Assembly (NCBI RefSeq): GCF_006345805.1
Contig: NC_043007.1
Location: 66,960,001-67,024,000, forward strand
Direction of reading: 5' to 3'
From: Octopus sinensis
Lineage: Eukaryota
Length of the DNA stretch: 64,000 bases
Part shown: piece after piece, positions 1 to 11,047 of the stretch
How positions within the stretch are numbered: the first letter of the stretch is position 1
Layout: every line of letters starts with the position of its first letter
Program-made: the position numbers and the translations under genes
The notes under the pieces: generated by a model
The model's input: only the letters and a program-made list of their open reading frames with translations
Told to the model about the DNA's origin: nothing
Database searches by the model: none

Positions 1-8
1 AGGATAAC

Positions 9-455
9 ATCATCATCCTCATCATCATCATTTAATGTCCGCTTTCCATGCTAGCATGGGTTGGACGATCTGACTGAGGACTGGTGAACCAGATGGCTGC
101 ACCAGGCTCCAATCTTGATCTGGCAGAGTTTCTACAGCTGGATGCCCTTCCTAAAGCCAACCACTCCGAGAATGTAGCACATGCTTTTGCATGCCACCAG
201 CACATGGGCCAGTCAGATGGTACTGGCAATGGCCACGCTCAAATTGTGTTTTTTACATGCCACCTGCATAAGAGACAGTCCAGTGGCACTGGCAACGACC
301 TTGCTTTTTACATGTCACCGGCATGGAAGCCAGTCTGGCAACGATCATACTTGGATGGTACTCTTAGCGCTCCACTAGCACACGGATGCCAGTCATCAAA
401 TTTGATTTTGATTTCACTTGCCCCTTAACAGGTCTTTGCAAGCAGAGTTTAGTGT
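9..455 (-). mobile_element. RTE-tailed SINE-like retroposon with internal ~66-bp tandem units
   Basis: (CAT)n followed by tttaatgtccgctttccatgctagcatggg...ggatgcccttcc...ccaaccact; same family at 24705, 43230, 44165, 47530; (GAT)n tail in element sense. Confidence 0.7.
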
Positions 456-616
456 CCAATGAAAAAAAGGTATGCATAAGTGGGCTGGATACACCCCTGG
501 CATAGGCCACGAGGTTATGGTCTCATTTGGCTTGCCGGGTCTTCTCAACCACAGCATATTCATACACACACACACACACACACTGAACTAGACATACAAA
601 ACTTGTCTAAAATATA

Positions 617-745
617 AGCTTAACCCTTTAGCATTTAAACTGGTCATAACCAGCCTGAATATTAGATCTGCTTTATGTTCAAACTGCCTTTTACACCTAC
701 CCTACAATGTCACTTAAAAATATCATATCATCGAAATCCCAAATG
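617..745 (+). mobile_element. piggyBac-like MITE, partial
   Basis: ttaaccctttagcatttaaac start (TTAA + CCCTTTAGCATT TIR); homologous to full copies at 33280, 52730, 62237. Confidence 0.6.
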
Positions 746-759
746 GACAAGATATTCTT

Positions 760-995
760 TTATTCTTTTACTTGTTTCAGTCATTTGACTGCAGCCATGC
801 TGGAGCATCACTTTCAGATGAACAATTCGACTCCAGGACTTATTCTTCTTTGTAAGCCTAGTACTTATTCTATCAGGCCTTTTTGCAGAACTACTAAGTT
901 ACAGGGACGTAAACACACCAACATTTGTTGTCAAGCAATGGTGGGGGGTCAAACACAGACACACATGCACACACACACACACACATAGATACGAC
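760..995 (-). mobile_element. CORE-like tRNA SINE (family 1), 3' half
   Basis: ttcttttacttgtttcagtcatttgactgcagccatgctggagca diagnostic tail, repeated about 20 times in the window. Confidence 0.75.
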
Positions 996-1021
996 GAGCT
1001 TATTATTATTATCATTATGAA

Positions 1022-1240
1022 GAAGGTGGTAAGCTAGCAGAATCATTAGCACACCAGGTGAAATGCTTAGTATTTTGTCTGCCACTATGTTCTGAGTTCA
1101 AATTCCACCAAGTTCAAACTTTGCCTTTCATCCTTTCGGAGTCAATAAATTAAGTACCAGTTGAGTACTGGTGTCAATGTAATCGACTATCCCCCTCCCC
1201 TAAATTTCAGGCCTTGTGCCTATAGTAGAAAGGATTATTA
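1022..1240 (+). mobile_element. V-domain-like tRNA SINE (family 2) in (ATT)n
   Basis: A box (tagcagaatcattag), B box (gagttcaaattcc), gcctttcatcctttcgg...taagtaccag core, (ATT)n on both sides. Confidence 0.8.
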
Positions 1241-2194
1241 TTATTATTACTATTATTATTATTATTATTATTATCATTGAGATCATATGGATAATATGGA
1301 ATTAATGGTAAACTTATAGGCTTATTTCTGAAAACTTTATCCAAAAAACCTGAAAGCATGGCCTATGTAGTGTCTATATGAAAAGCTAGTCACACATCTG
1401 CTAATAATTGAAGAGTGAAAGAAATTGCAATACAATCATTACTTAATGCACTTTATATATACACTTTATATACTTTATGCACAATTTTATAGATTTAATA
1501 CACAGCACTCTCCCTTTTTCTCTCTCACTCTTCATCTTACCCTCCTTTTCTTTTGCTCTTCATCTTTCCCCGTCAACTAATCACATGAAAGTGTTACAGA
1601 CAGGCTAAGTAACGGAGAAAAAAAACTTAGTTAAAAAAAAAAGTGTACACATTTCACTCACCACCATCTCTCCTCCCTTCTCCCTATTTCCTCTCCCCTA
1701 CCCATCTCTCCTCTGATGATGACTGAATTTGCCATTTCAGTTTTGGTATGAAACTAGTTGGTAACAAAGTAAACTAACTTGCATGAGACTATAATACAAT
1801 TTAAGTAATGCTTGTGGGGGGGGGTGTTAGATGGTTATACAGTCAAGGTTAACTCCAAATAAGAACTAACTTGGTTTATTACAATTGGTTCTAGCCAACA
1901 AAAGTAGACATATGACGATGATGATATAAATATCTTTCTGTCACCAATCTTCACCTGGTTCCTAGTAAGGGTAATGATAGCTATGAGCTAACGTGTTTTC
2001 ACAAGAGTGAAAATGAAGGACATCATTTGTATGATAGCAACACTCACTTACAACTATCACACAAAGTGAAGGCATCAAGACAGCAACACAAACACACACA
2101 CACATCTCTTTTACATGTATACACACAAGAACTTCTGCCTACCAAATTCAATTATATATATAAATACACACACATACAAACACACATACACACA

Positions 2195-2365
2195 CATACA
2201 CAACACGCTTCATTCAGTTTCTATCTACTAAATCCATTCATAAGGCTACAATCCAGGGCTAAAGTAGAATACACTTGCTCAAGGTGCCATACAGTGGGAC
2301 TGAACCCAGAACCATGTAGTTGGGAAGCAAATTTCTTACCACACAGCTGCACCTGTGCCTATGTA
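2195..2365 (-). mobile_element. CORE-like SINE (family 1), 5' half
   Basis: ttcagtttctatctactaaatcc...cttgctcaaggtgccatacagtgggactgaacccagaaccatg. Confidence 0.65.
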
Positions 2366-2599
2366 TACACACACTTACACACACACAAACATTTCATGCA
2401 TAAAGTATATCTTTTTTTTTTTATAAACATACAGTTCAACCTTACAGTGGTTACACTAAAAGTTTTAATCTCTCCACAGGCAAAAAAAAGAACTCAATTT
2501 GAGCAGTTTCTAGCATTTGTAGACCTTTATCAGAGTAAGATAATCTATCCTCTGTCCACAGAGAGAAACTTGTAGCTTAGAAAAAGAAACAAACAAAGC

Positions 2600-3140
2600 A
2601 AAGAGTATGAAAGATGAACAGACACATGAACGAATGGCTGAATGAAATAACAGACTGATGAACAAAGGGACAGATGAAAGGATAGGTCTATGGACAAAGA
2701 GATGGATGAGAGGACAGATTGATGGACGAATGGATAGATGAAATGACAGACTAATGGACAAATAGATGGATAAAATGACAGACTGATGGACAATGGATGG
2801 ATGAAATGACAGACTGGATGAATGGATGGATGAAAGGATAGACTAGACAAATGGATGGACAAAAGGCAGACTGATGGACAAATGGATGGATGAAAGGACA
2901 GACTGGTGGACAAATGGGTGGATGAAAAGACAGGCTGATGGGCAACTGGATGAATAAAAGGACGGACTGATGGTCAAATGGATAAATGAAATGACAGACT
3001 GGTAGACGAATGGATAGATGAAATGACAGTCTGGCAGACAAATAGATGGATGAAATGACAGACTGACAGACAAATTGGGTGGATGAAAGGACAGACTGAT
3101 GGGCAAATGGATGAATGAAAGAATGGACTGATAGATGAAG
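2600..3140. repeat. Degenerate ~32-bp minisatellite built from GATG/GACA tetramers
   Basis: unit ~gatggacaaatggatagatgaaatgacagact repeated roughly 15-17 times. Confidence 0.85.
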
Positions 3141-3719
3141 AAGCAAACAGAAATGGATGCTCCAAGCAAAAATGAAAGCCTTTGAAGACAGAGAGATGTC
3201 CCCAGCTAAAGTAAAAAAACATAATAGTGCTATACTGTAGCCATTGCTCATTGCACATTCAAAAATGCATACGTATTAGTGTTTGGGTTACCTCCATTTT
3301 TCTCCTCTCCTTGGCATCTTATCCATGAATGTTTGGCAGCACAACATATACAGACTACATAAAAATGAATGGAAGTCACACAACATTGGTTAAATGTCAC
3401 AGGAGTGTACCTATGGCATGGGGTGTACACATATGTAGGTAAGAATGCATGTAAATAAGTATCTGTGTGTTTGTACATAAACATATATGTATGAAAGTGT
3501 GTGTGTGTGTGAGTGTGTGAATGCACACGTGTTTATTCATATATATTCATATCACAATCATCAGCAGCAGCAACCACAGTTAACATCTGCTTCTTACGTA
3601 GGCATGGATTAGATGCTTTGACAGGATCCAGCCACCCACAAGACTGCTGAGATGCAATATCGCATGTATATATATATACGTGTGCATGTGTGTGTGTGTG
3701 CATGTATATATATACACTC

Positions 3720-4010
3720 ATTATAGATATAGGGTAAAGAATTATTAATTTAATAATTAATAAATTTTACCAAATAGTTTCGGTATGGAAAAAACCACTA
3801 TCGGTAAAAACTTATACAAAAAGTTTTTTTATAATTATAAATATAATTAAGGGTTTAGCAACTTGGTAGATAATGTGACACTTTTTCCATAACTTTAAGT
3901 TTCATACTGGAGAAAGCATTCATCGGATGGATTTCATTTGAGTAAAGGTTTTGAAAATGGCTAAGTAATTTATTATTTATCTATTAAATTATAATAAAAA
4001 TAATTACTCT
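3720..4010 (-). mobile_element. Probable Penelope-like element terminal remnant with decayed hammerhead architecture
   Basis: minus strand tttacc...tggttttttccatacc-gaaa-ctattt-ggtaaaa (stem I, stem II, GAAA) in an AT-rich pLTR-like context. Confidence 0.4.
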
Positions 4011-4614
4011 GCACAACGTATTCAGTACTCTTCTTTGCAACCAGTTACAAAGTAGTGCATGTGTGTGTGTGTGTATGCGCATATATGTAACACACACACA
4101 TTCTTATATGTATCAAAAGAGTCAAAGGTCCTTCATGAACTGTAGGCCCATAAGACCGGTTTGCCAGATTTTGTGGCTGGATGAGACACCTGCTCATTAC
4201 TCACTTTTCCAGCTGGAGAAGACTGAAGCAATATGAAATGAAGTGTTTTCCTTAGAAACATAATGCATTGCCTGGTTCAGGAATCAAAACATCAATCTTA
4301 CAATCATCAGTGCAACACCATAACCGCTAAGCTACGTGTTTGTCCAACATATATATAAATGCAAATTTAATGCATACATTTGTAATCTATCCAATGAGTA
4401 TAAATGGAAACAGCTGTAGCAAGAAATTACTATCAATTTATTAATAAATAAATACTAACCACTAACTCTCCATTTTCTTTTCTTAATTTAATACAGATTA
4501 TACACTTCATACCTATCGATTTTGGGAAATAAAATTTCCCAAAGACAGTATAGAAGCAGTATTTCCTTGGATGTAATCATCCCTTTAAGAGGTTAATATA
4601 TCCTCAAACTTATA

Positions 4615-4660
<46 letters not shown>

Positions 4661-4679
4661 ATATATATACACACAATTG

Positions 4680-5050
4680 AATAAGTTGCAGTCAACAAGA
4701 AAGAGTATGGTTGGACATTTATTTGCAATCACTACAACCGTTTCTACACAATGTAGTTCTCCAGACTTGCAGGTATTTGGTTATGTAACCATTTCCCTGC
4801 ATTATGAGATCTAGTTGTGTTTCCTCAGGCGATATAGACATATTGTCTCTATAAATTTAAATTCTCAACTTCAAGTGCATCCTATCTGTTTGTTGTGGCC
4901 TGGAGTTAGTAGTACCCACTGAGTGTATTAAGAGACGTGTTGTTGCTGAAGGTCCGTTGGAAAACTACAGGCTATCACAGGGTGAAATCTGAAGGTGGAC
5001 AAGCTTTATACTGTACTCTATTACATTCTTAACAGAATATAACATAACTA
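4680..5050 (-). mobile_element. Probable Penelope-like element remnant
   Basis: minus strand CTGGAGA-A-CTACA-TTG-TGTAG-AAACGGTTG hammerhead-like motif. Confidence 0.35.
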
Positions 5051-5069
5051 TATATATAACTCACACTCA

Positions 5070-5350
5070 GTTAGTTGGTCCAATCAACAGAACAGCCTAC
5101 TTATGAAATTAAAGTGCAAATGACTGAGCACTCCTCAAACACACATATCCTTAACATAGTTCTTAAGGAGATTCAATGTGACACAGAATGTAACAAGGTT
5201 GGCCTTTTGAATTAAGGACACAACTCATTTTTGTCAGCTGAGTGGACAGGAACAGCATAAAATAAAGTATCTTGCTCAAGGACATAATGCACTGCTAGGA
5301 ATTGAACTCACGACCTTATATTTGTGAGTCAAATGTCCTAACCACTAAGC
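5070..5350 (-). mobile_element. tRNA SINE (family 4), decayed copy
   Basis: gaaattaaagtgcaaatgactgagcactcc...cttgctcaaggacataatgc...ctaaccactaagcc. Confidence 0.7.
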
Positions 5351-5384
5351 CATGCAGATATATATATATGTATATATATCTTAA

Positions 5385-5705
5385 AAGACTCCGCCGGTTA
5401 CGACGACGAGGGTCCCAGCTGATACGATCAACGGAACAGCTTGCTCGTGAAATTAACGTGAAAATGGCTGAGCATTCCACAGACACGTGTACCCTTAACG
5501 TAGTTCTCGGGGATAATCAGCGTGACACAGAGAGTGACAAGGCTGACCCTTTGAAATACAAGTACAACTCATTTTTGCCAGCTGAGTGGACTGGAGCAAC
5601 GTGAAATAAAGTGTCTTGCTCAAGGACACAATGCGTCGCTGGGAATCGAACTCACAACCTTACGATCATGAGCCGAATGCCCTAACCACTAAGCCACGCG
5701 CCCTC
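5385..5705 (-). mobile_element. tRNA SINE (family 4), young near-full copy
   Basis: CpG-rich; tRNA head on minus (ggcttagtggttagggcattcggctcatgatcgtaaggttgtgagttcgattccc). Confidence 0.85.
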
Positions 5706-5994
5706 ACATGTATATATATATATATAAACACACACACACACCACACACACATACATGCCCTAGCCAGCAAGCCATACATATATACATACATACATGTAAG
5801 GCCAAGGCATAGGCATGGCAGTGTGGTTTTAGGTTCAGTACTGATGCAAAACACTTCAGACAATTCTCTATATGAAAGCCTTGTGAGTGAATTAGATAAA
5901 TAGAAACTGAAAGAAGCCCTTCTTGTGTGTGTGTATTCATGCATATATATATATGTGCGTGTGTGTGTGTGTGTATACATACACACAAGGAAAA

Positions 5995-6300
5995 CATGGG
6001 TGATGGCTTCAAATTTTCAGCTTACGAGCCTTCAGCAGACTGTGATTTACTTTCCTCTTTCTGGCTTTATATAGTTTTGAACAGAATGTTCCTTTGGTAT
6101 ATGGAGTGATGTGAATTAGGTATAGTATAGGCATAGAATAGAAGTGGTTGAGTAGGAAGAGTTAAGATGTTGAAGAACAGGAGAAAAGTATGTTTGTTCT
6201 GGTGTAGTTTGTAAGAAAGGGATGATAGAGACAGTTTCTTTGGTTTGATAGTGGAAGTTTGTTATTGTGTAGGAGTTACCACTGAACACTAAACAATAAC
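5995..6300 (-). mobile_element. Probable Penelope-like element terminal remnant
   Basis: minus strand ctatataaag...gtCTGCTGA-A-GGC-tcgtaa-GCT-GAAA motif. Confidence 0.35.
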
Positions 6301-7367
6301 AAACTTCCTTTAAATCCTAGCATTTAAGAAAGGAACCAAATGAAAGTATCAACAGAAGTCATTGCAACATTGCATGTAGCAGCATAATAAAAGATAATGG
6401 AAGAAAAGACTAGCAGAATGAAATAAATAAAGACTAGCAAAATATGAATTACCCAAACTATACATATTGCAATATGAAGGATCTTGAACAAAACACAGTT
6501 TTGGAAATAAATAACTAAGCAGTAGAAAAAGCTTATAAAAGCAAATAAAAAAACTGAAGGATATATAAAATAATAAAAGAATATACTAAAGCTTCTGCAC
6601 TCCTAGGAAATGTTTCATCAATTTTTACAACAAAGCAAAATAAAAATAATGACAATCAAAACAGCAAAAAGGAAGATTAAAAAAGTTTCCAGGTCACTAT
6701 CAGCCCAAATTTAGGGGATAGCAAGAGAAATCTCTTTATGGCCAGTATTAGAAATAGATGAGCAAACACTCTGTCCCCTAACAGTGAGTACCAGTAGTAG
6801 CACTCATAATGTAATGAGGAAACTGCTGCAGATGAAAACCTACATACAGCCAGTGAAAAAACAAAAGGTAAAAATAAAGGAAAAGAAATCCCAAAATCAG
6901 AATGCTCAACATAAAACAACAAAAATGGGTGAGTAGAAACAATTTCTTCAAAACAAGTGATATTGCTCCTCAAGAGAATAACAAAGAAATTGAAGACGAC
7001 AGAGAACGGAAGTTCATCATTCTTTCCAAAATTAGAATGACACAAAAACTATTAGTTTTAGAATACAAACAACATGCAAAAAATAGTTTTAATATTAGTA
7101 AAAATATACAAAGACATTACAGTGAGCTTAAGTATACCTCAAAGATGCTGATGTCTTTTCAACACTAAATGTCTTTAAAATGCTTAGCAGTGCATTTGGT
7201 TGCACTTGAACACAATTCAAAAACATGGTTTATGAGTAAGTTTGTGGAATGCCTAAATCCAATGTAACCAGTAATTTTTCATGTTTTATCCCTTTTAAGT
7301 TACATCCTGTTTTAATTATTGGTTTTTATTGTACTTCTTTATTATTTAATTCCTTGCAAATATTCTC

Positions 7368-7569
7368 TTTTACTCTCTTTTACTTGTTTCAGTCATTTGA
7401 CTGTGGCTATGCTGGAGCACTGCCTTTAGTCAAGCAAATCGACCCCAGGACTTATTCTTTGTAAGCCTAGTACTTATTCTATCGGTCTCTTTTGCCGAAC
7501 TGCTAAGTTACGGGAACATAAACACACTACCATAAGTTGTCAAGCGATGTTGGGGGGACAAACACAAAG

Positions 7570-7612
<43 letters not shown>

Positions 7613-7780
7613 TACAATGGACTTCTTTCAGTTTCCATCAACCAAATCCACTCACAAGGCTTTGGTCGGCCCACGGCTATAGTAGAAGACACTTGCCCAA
7701 GGTGCCACGCGGTGGGAATGAACCCAGAACCATAAGGTTGGTAAGCAAGCTACTTACCACACAGCCACTCCTGTGCCTAT
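7368..7780 (-). mobile_element. CORE-like SINE (family 1), full length
   Basis: tail, internal (TA)/(CA)n, CORE-like ccttgggcaagtgtcttct and tRNA head all present. Confidence 0.85.
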
Positions 7781-8171
7781 GTATGTACTTTTAAAATCTT
7801 AATGTCTCTTATCCATTCCATGTATTTTTTTTATATGTTATTTTTCATTTTTATACACTTTATACGTAATTCCACACTGAATCATCACCCTGTACCATTC
7901 TTGATATTTTTGTCAACCTTTGAGTTGGCAGAATTGTTAGTGTATCGAACAAAATGCTTAGTAGTATTTCTTCTGACTCTACATTCTGAGTTTAAATTCT
8001 TTCAAGATCAAATTTGATTTCATCTCTCCAGGGTTGATAAAATATAGTCCCAGTAAAATATTGGGGTCAATGTAATCAACATATTCCTCCCCTAAAATTG
8101 CTAGTTCGACCATCAAAATCTTTAACAATTATCAACTGCTGACATGAAAATCTATAAATTTATTCATAAAT

Positions 8172-8590
8172 AGGCACAGGCATGACTGTGTGGATAGAAG
8201 CTTGGTTCCTAACCATATGGTTCTGGGTTCAGTCCCACTGCATGGCACCTTCAGCAAGTGTCTTCTACTGTAGCCTCAGGCTAACCAAAGCCTTGCGAGT
8301 GGATTTGATAGATGGAAACTGAAAGAAGCCCATCATATATGTGTGCATGCATGCGTGTGTGTGCACATCTGTGTGCAAGTGTCTGTGTTAGTGTCTGTCC
8401 CCCACCCCACCCACCACTTGACAACTGGTGTTGGGGCTTTTATGTCTCCTGTAACTTAGTGGTTCAGCAAAACAAGACCAATAGAATAAGTACTAGGTTT
8501 AAATAAATAAGGTCAATTTGGTTGACTAAAACCCTTCAAAGCGGAACCTCAGCATGACCACAGTCAAATGACTGAAAAAAAGATAAAAGA
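8172..8590 (+). mobile_element. CORE-like SINE (family 1), full length
   Basis: taggcacaggcatgactgtgtgg head, gttcagtccc B box, tail caaatgactgaaaaaagataaaaga. Confidence 0.8.
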
Positions 8591-9239
8591 TCAAAATAAG
8601 AAAATTTATAGAACATATTTTCCTCAGGTCCTCCATTATTATCATCATCATCACCACCACCACCACCATCATCATCGCTATCATTATCATCATCACCATC
8701 ATTATTACGAGCAGAGAAATAACAGAATAGTTAGAATGCAGGGTAAAATACTCTGCAAAATTTCTTCAAGTTCATTATATTCTCAGTTCAAACTTCACTG
8801 AAGCCAACTTTGCCTTTCATCCCTCCACAGTTAATAAAATAAAAGTACCAATCAAATACAGGGGGTTAATTTAATTGACCAACCTTTACCCTCAAAAATT
8901 TGCAGCCTTTGCACCTAAATTAGAAATAATTATTTTAGAATGCTGGATTGGCAGAATCAGTAGAGTATTGAAAAAAAAAATGCCCTGTGGCATTTGTTCT
9001 TCCTCTTTACATTCTGAGTTCAAATCACACGTGGGTTAACTTCACCTTTAATCCTGCTGGAGTTGATAACACAATGAACAATTTTTTAATTATTTTTTTT
9101 ATGCTGTTGTCCAAAAATTTGGACATGAAATGGGGGTGTTTTGACACACAGAATCTGAAAATGACATCCATTTATTACTATCATGTCAAGATTTTAAGAT
9201 ACTGGATCCATAGAATTTCATTGTTTTGTTTTTTTCAAT

Positions 9240-9800
9240 AAAACAGCTAATGAGGAACAAGGCACAACATACAAACCATACACAGAAACTGCTTTTTTTC
9301 TTCAAAACAAGAATGTTTTCTTCAAATTCTACTGAAAAACTTTAAATTTCTACAGACAAATTACATCATTATTTAAGCCTAATTTCCCATGAATTTGCAT
9401 TTGGATGATTTTTTTGAGTACTGAACCCCAGAAAGATCTCATACCAAATTCCAGCAACAATTCTCAATCATATGCAAGTCCCACTTGTCTTGAAACCTTT
9501 GTTCAATTGATTTTATTTCCTGAGTGAAAACATTCTCCCTGCTCAGGAATTTACCAAGCTGACTGTAGAGATAGAGATAATGCAGCTTTATACTCATATT
9601 CGTTCCCAATTTCTGAAAGTTCTCCAGCATGATGTCAAGTATTTTGGTATAGTTGGCTGCTTGCTCGCTGCCCAAAATTCATTTAAAACTATTACATACA
9701 AATTCCACACAACTACTTCAATGCAATTCATTAAATTCACAAAGTTCCATTTTTCATCATTTTCTCATTTGAGACTCATCAAACACTGCACGGTTATCCT
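9240..9800 (-). pseudogene. Chapaev3-like (CMC) DNA transposase fragment, decayed
   Basis: NYTKILDIMLENFQKLGTNMSIKLHYL...SIEQRFQDKWDLHMIENCCWNL matches the LGxNMSIKxH...RYQGxW...DYCW C-terminus as I recall it for Chapaev3. Confidence 0.7.
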
Positions 9801-10169
9801 TTTATAGCTCAGACTGGAAAATGTGCTGCAGATATAGTGAAAGCATGGGCCATCTTTATCAAGAGTTTTAACAATTTTCTTTCAATTTCTGTCTACCAAA
9901 TCCATCCCCAAGGTTATATTCATCTAAGGTTATAACAGAAGACACCTGCTCAGAGGTGCCACACATAGGAACTAAACCCCAAAAACCACATGGTTGGGAA
10001 GCAAGATTCTTAACTACACAGCTATGCTTACCACAGATACTGCAACAATAACAAGTGGCATTATGATTACAATGGTAATACTAACAAATGAAAACTAGAG
10101 CATAAAATACCACATCACCATCATCAACAACAACAAAGACAAAACAGTGAGTCAACAAGAGAACCTTTA

Positions 10170-10565
10170 TGTATTCACTCAACTTACTAGAAATAGCAGT
10201 AAAATCTTCTTCAAATCACTCACCACTATTTTAGTAAAAGACAATGGAAAACATTGGATATGTAGTCCCTGATATATATACAAAAACAGGCAGGAAGATC
10301 AAGGGTGGATTGCCTTTCATTATATGCATGCTTAATTGAGGTTGGCCTGGGGTTAAACAAAAGCAATGAACCAACAAAGTAACCTTTACATGACTGTTCC
10401 AGTTGCTGAAAATCATAGCCAAATCTCCCTCAAATCAAATCCTATAGTCTTACACAGGAAAGGACATATTAGATAATATAATTCTAGATATCCTTCAAGA
10501 ATGAGGTCACATACTTCTAGCTGTAGGTGCTCAGTTAAGAATGACCTGGAGCTAAACAACAACAG
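10170..10565 (+). mobile_element. Dispersed retroposon (family 5, ctagaaatagcagccaaatctccctc...ggggctaaacaacaac), two adjacent pieces
   Basis: same motifs recur at 19550-19900, 21320-21530, 26560-26950, 37010-37260, 47800-48000. Confidence 0.55.
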
Positions 10566-10718
10566 TAGCAGTAACATAAGCCACTGATGATTGATGGAGC
10601 CTTTCAGTGGTTGCTTCATCTGCAAAAACGTAGCAACTAAATCATATCTTATCTTAAAAAAAAAAAATTAAATTAAATAAACAAAGGACACATTGGATAT
10701 TGTAGTCCTAGACATACA

Positions 10719-11047
10719 GGAGACCCCCTTCGGTCATGAATGACCATGGGATTGCACCTAGAAAGTTACCCTCGAAGGCACAAGTCCAGGCAAGGTTGTT
10801 TATAGAAGACCAGCAGTCACCCATGCATACCGGCCTCCCCTCTCCATGCCACTGATGTTATCCAAGAGAAAGGCCGATACAGCTTGGCACCAGTGATGTC
10901 ACAACTCATTTCTACAGCTGAGTGAACTGAAGCAATGTGAAATAAGGTGTCTTGCTCAAGAAGACAACACAGCCCGGTCCGAGAATCGAACTCACAACCT
11001 AATGATCATAAGCTCGACACTCTAACCACTGAGCCATGTGCCTTCAC
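10719..11047 (-). mobile_element. tRNA SINE (family 3) nested in a family-5 element, 13-bp TSD
   Basis: TSD tcctagacataca at 10706-10718 and 11052-11064; tRNA head on minus. Confidence 0.85.

Noticed and set aside
2510-3258. Multiple minus-strand ORFs up to 166 aa
   Set aside because: Translation of the 32-bp minisatellite.
3340-3438. 99-nt + exon candidate (ggcag| ... TAG|gtaag), open in the same phase as 15530-15589
   Set aside because: Weak acceptor, no recognisable peptide, microsatellite-rich surroundings; compatible with chance.
5620-5705. tRNA gene-like sequence (also at other SINE heads)
   Set aside because: A/B boxes continue into SINE bodies; no complete cloverleaf or acceptor stem.
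8568-8801. Poly-His ORF
   Set aside because: (CAT/CAC)n microsatellite between SINEs.
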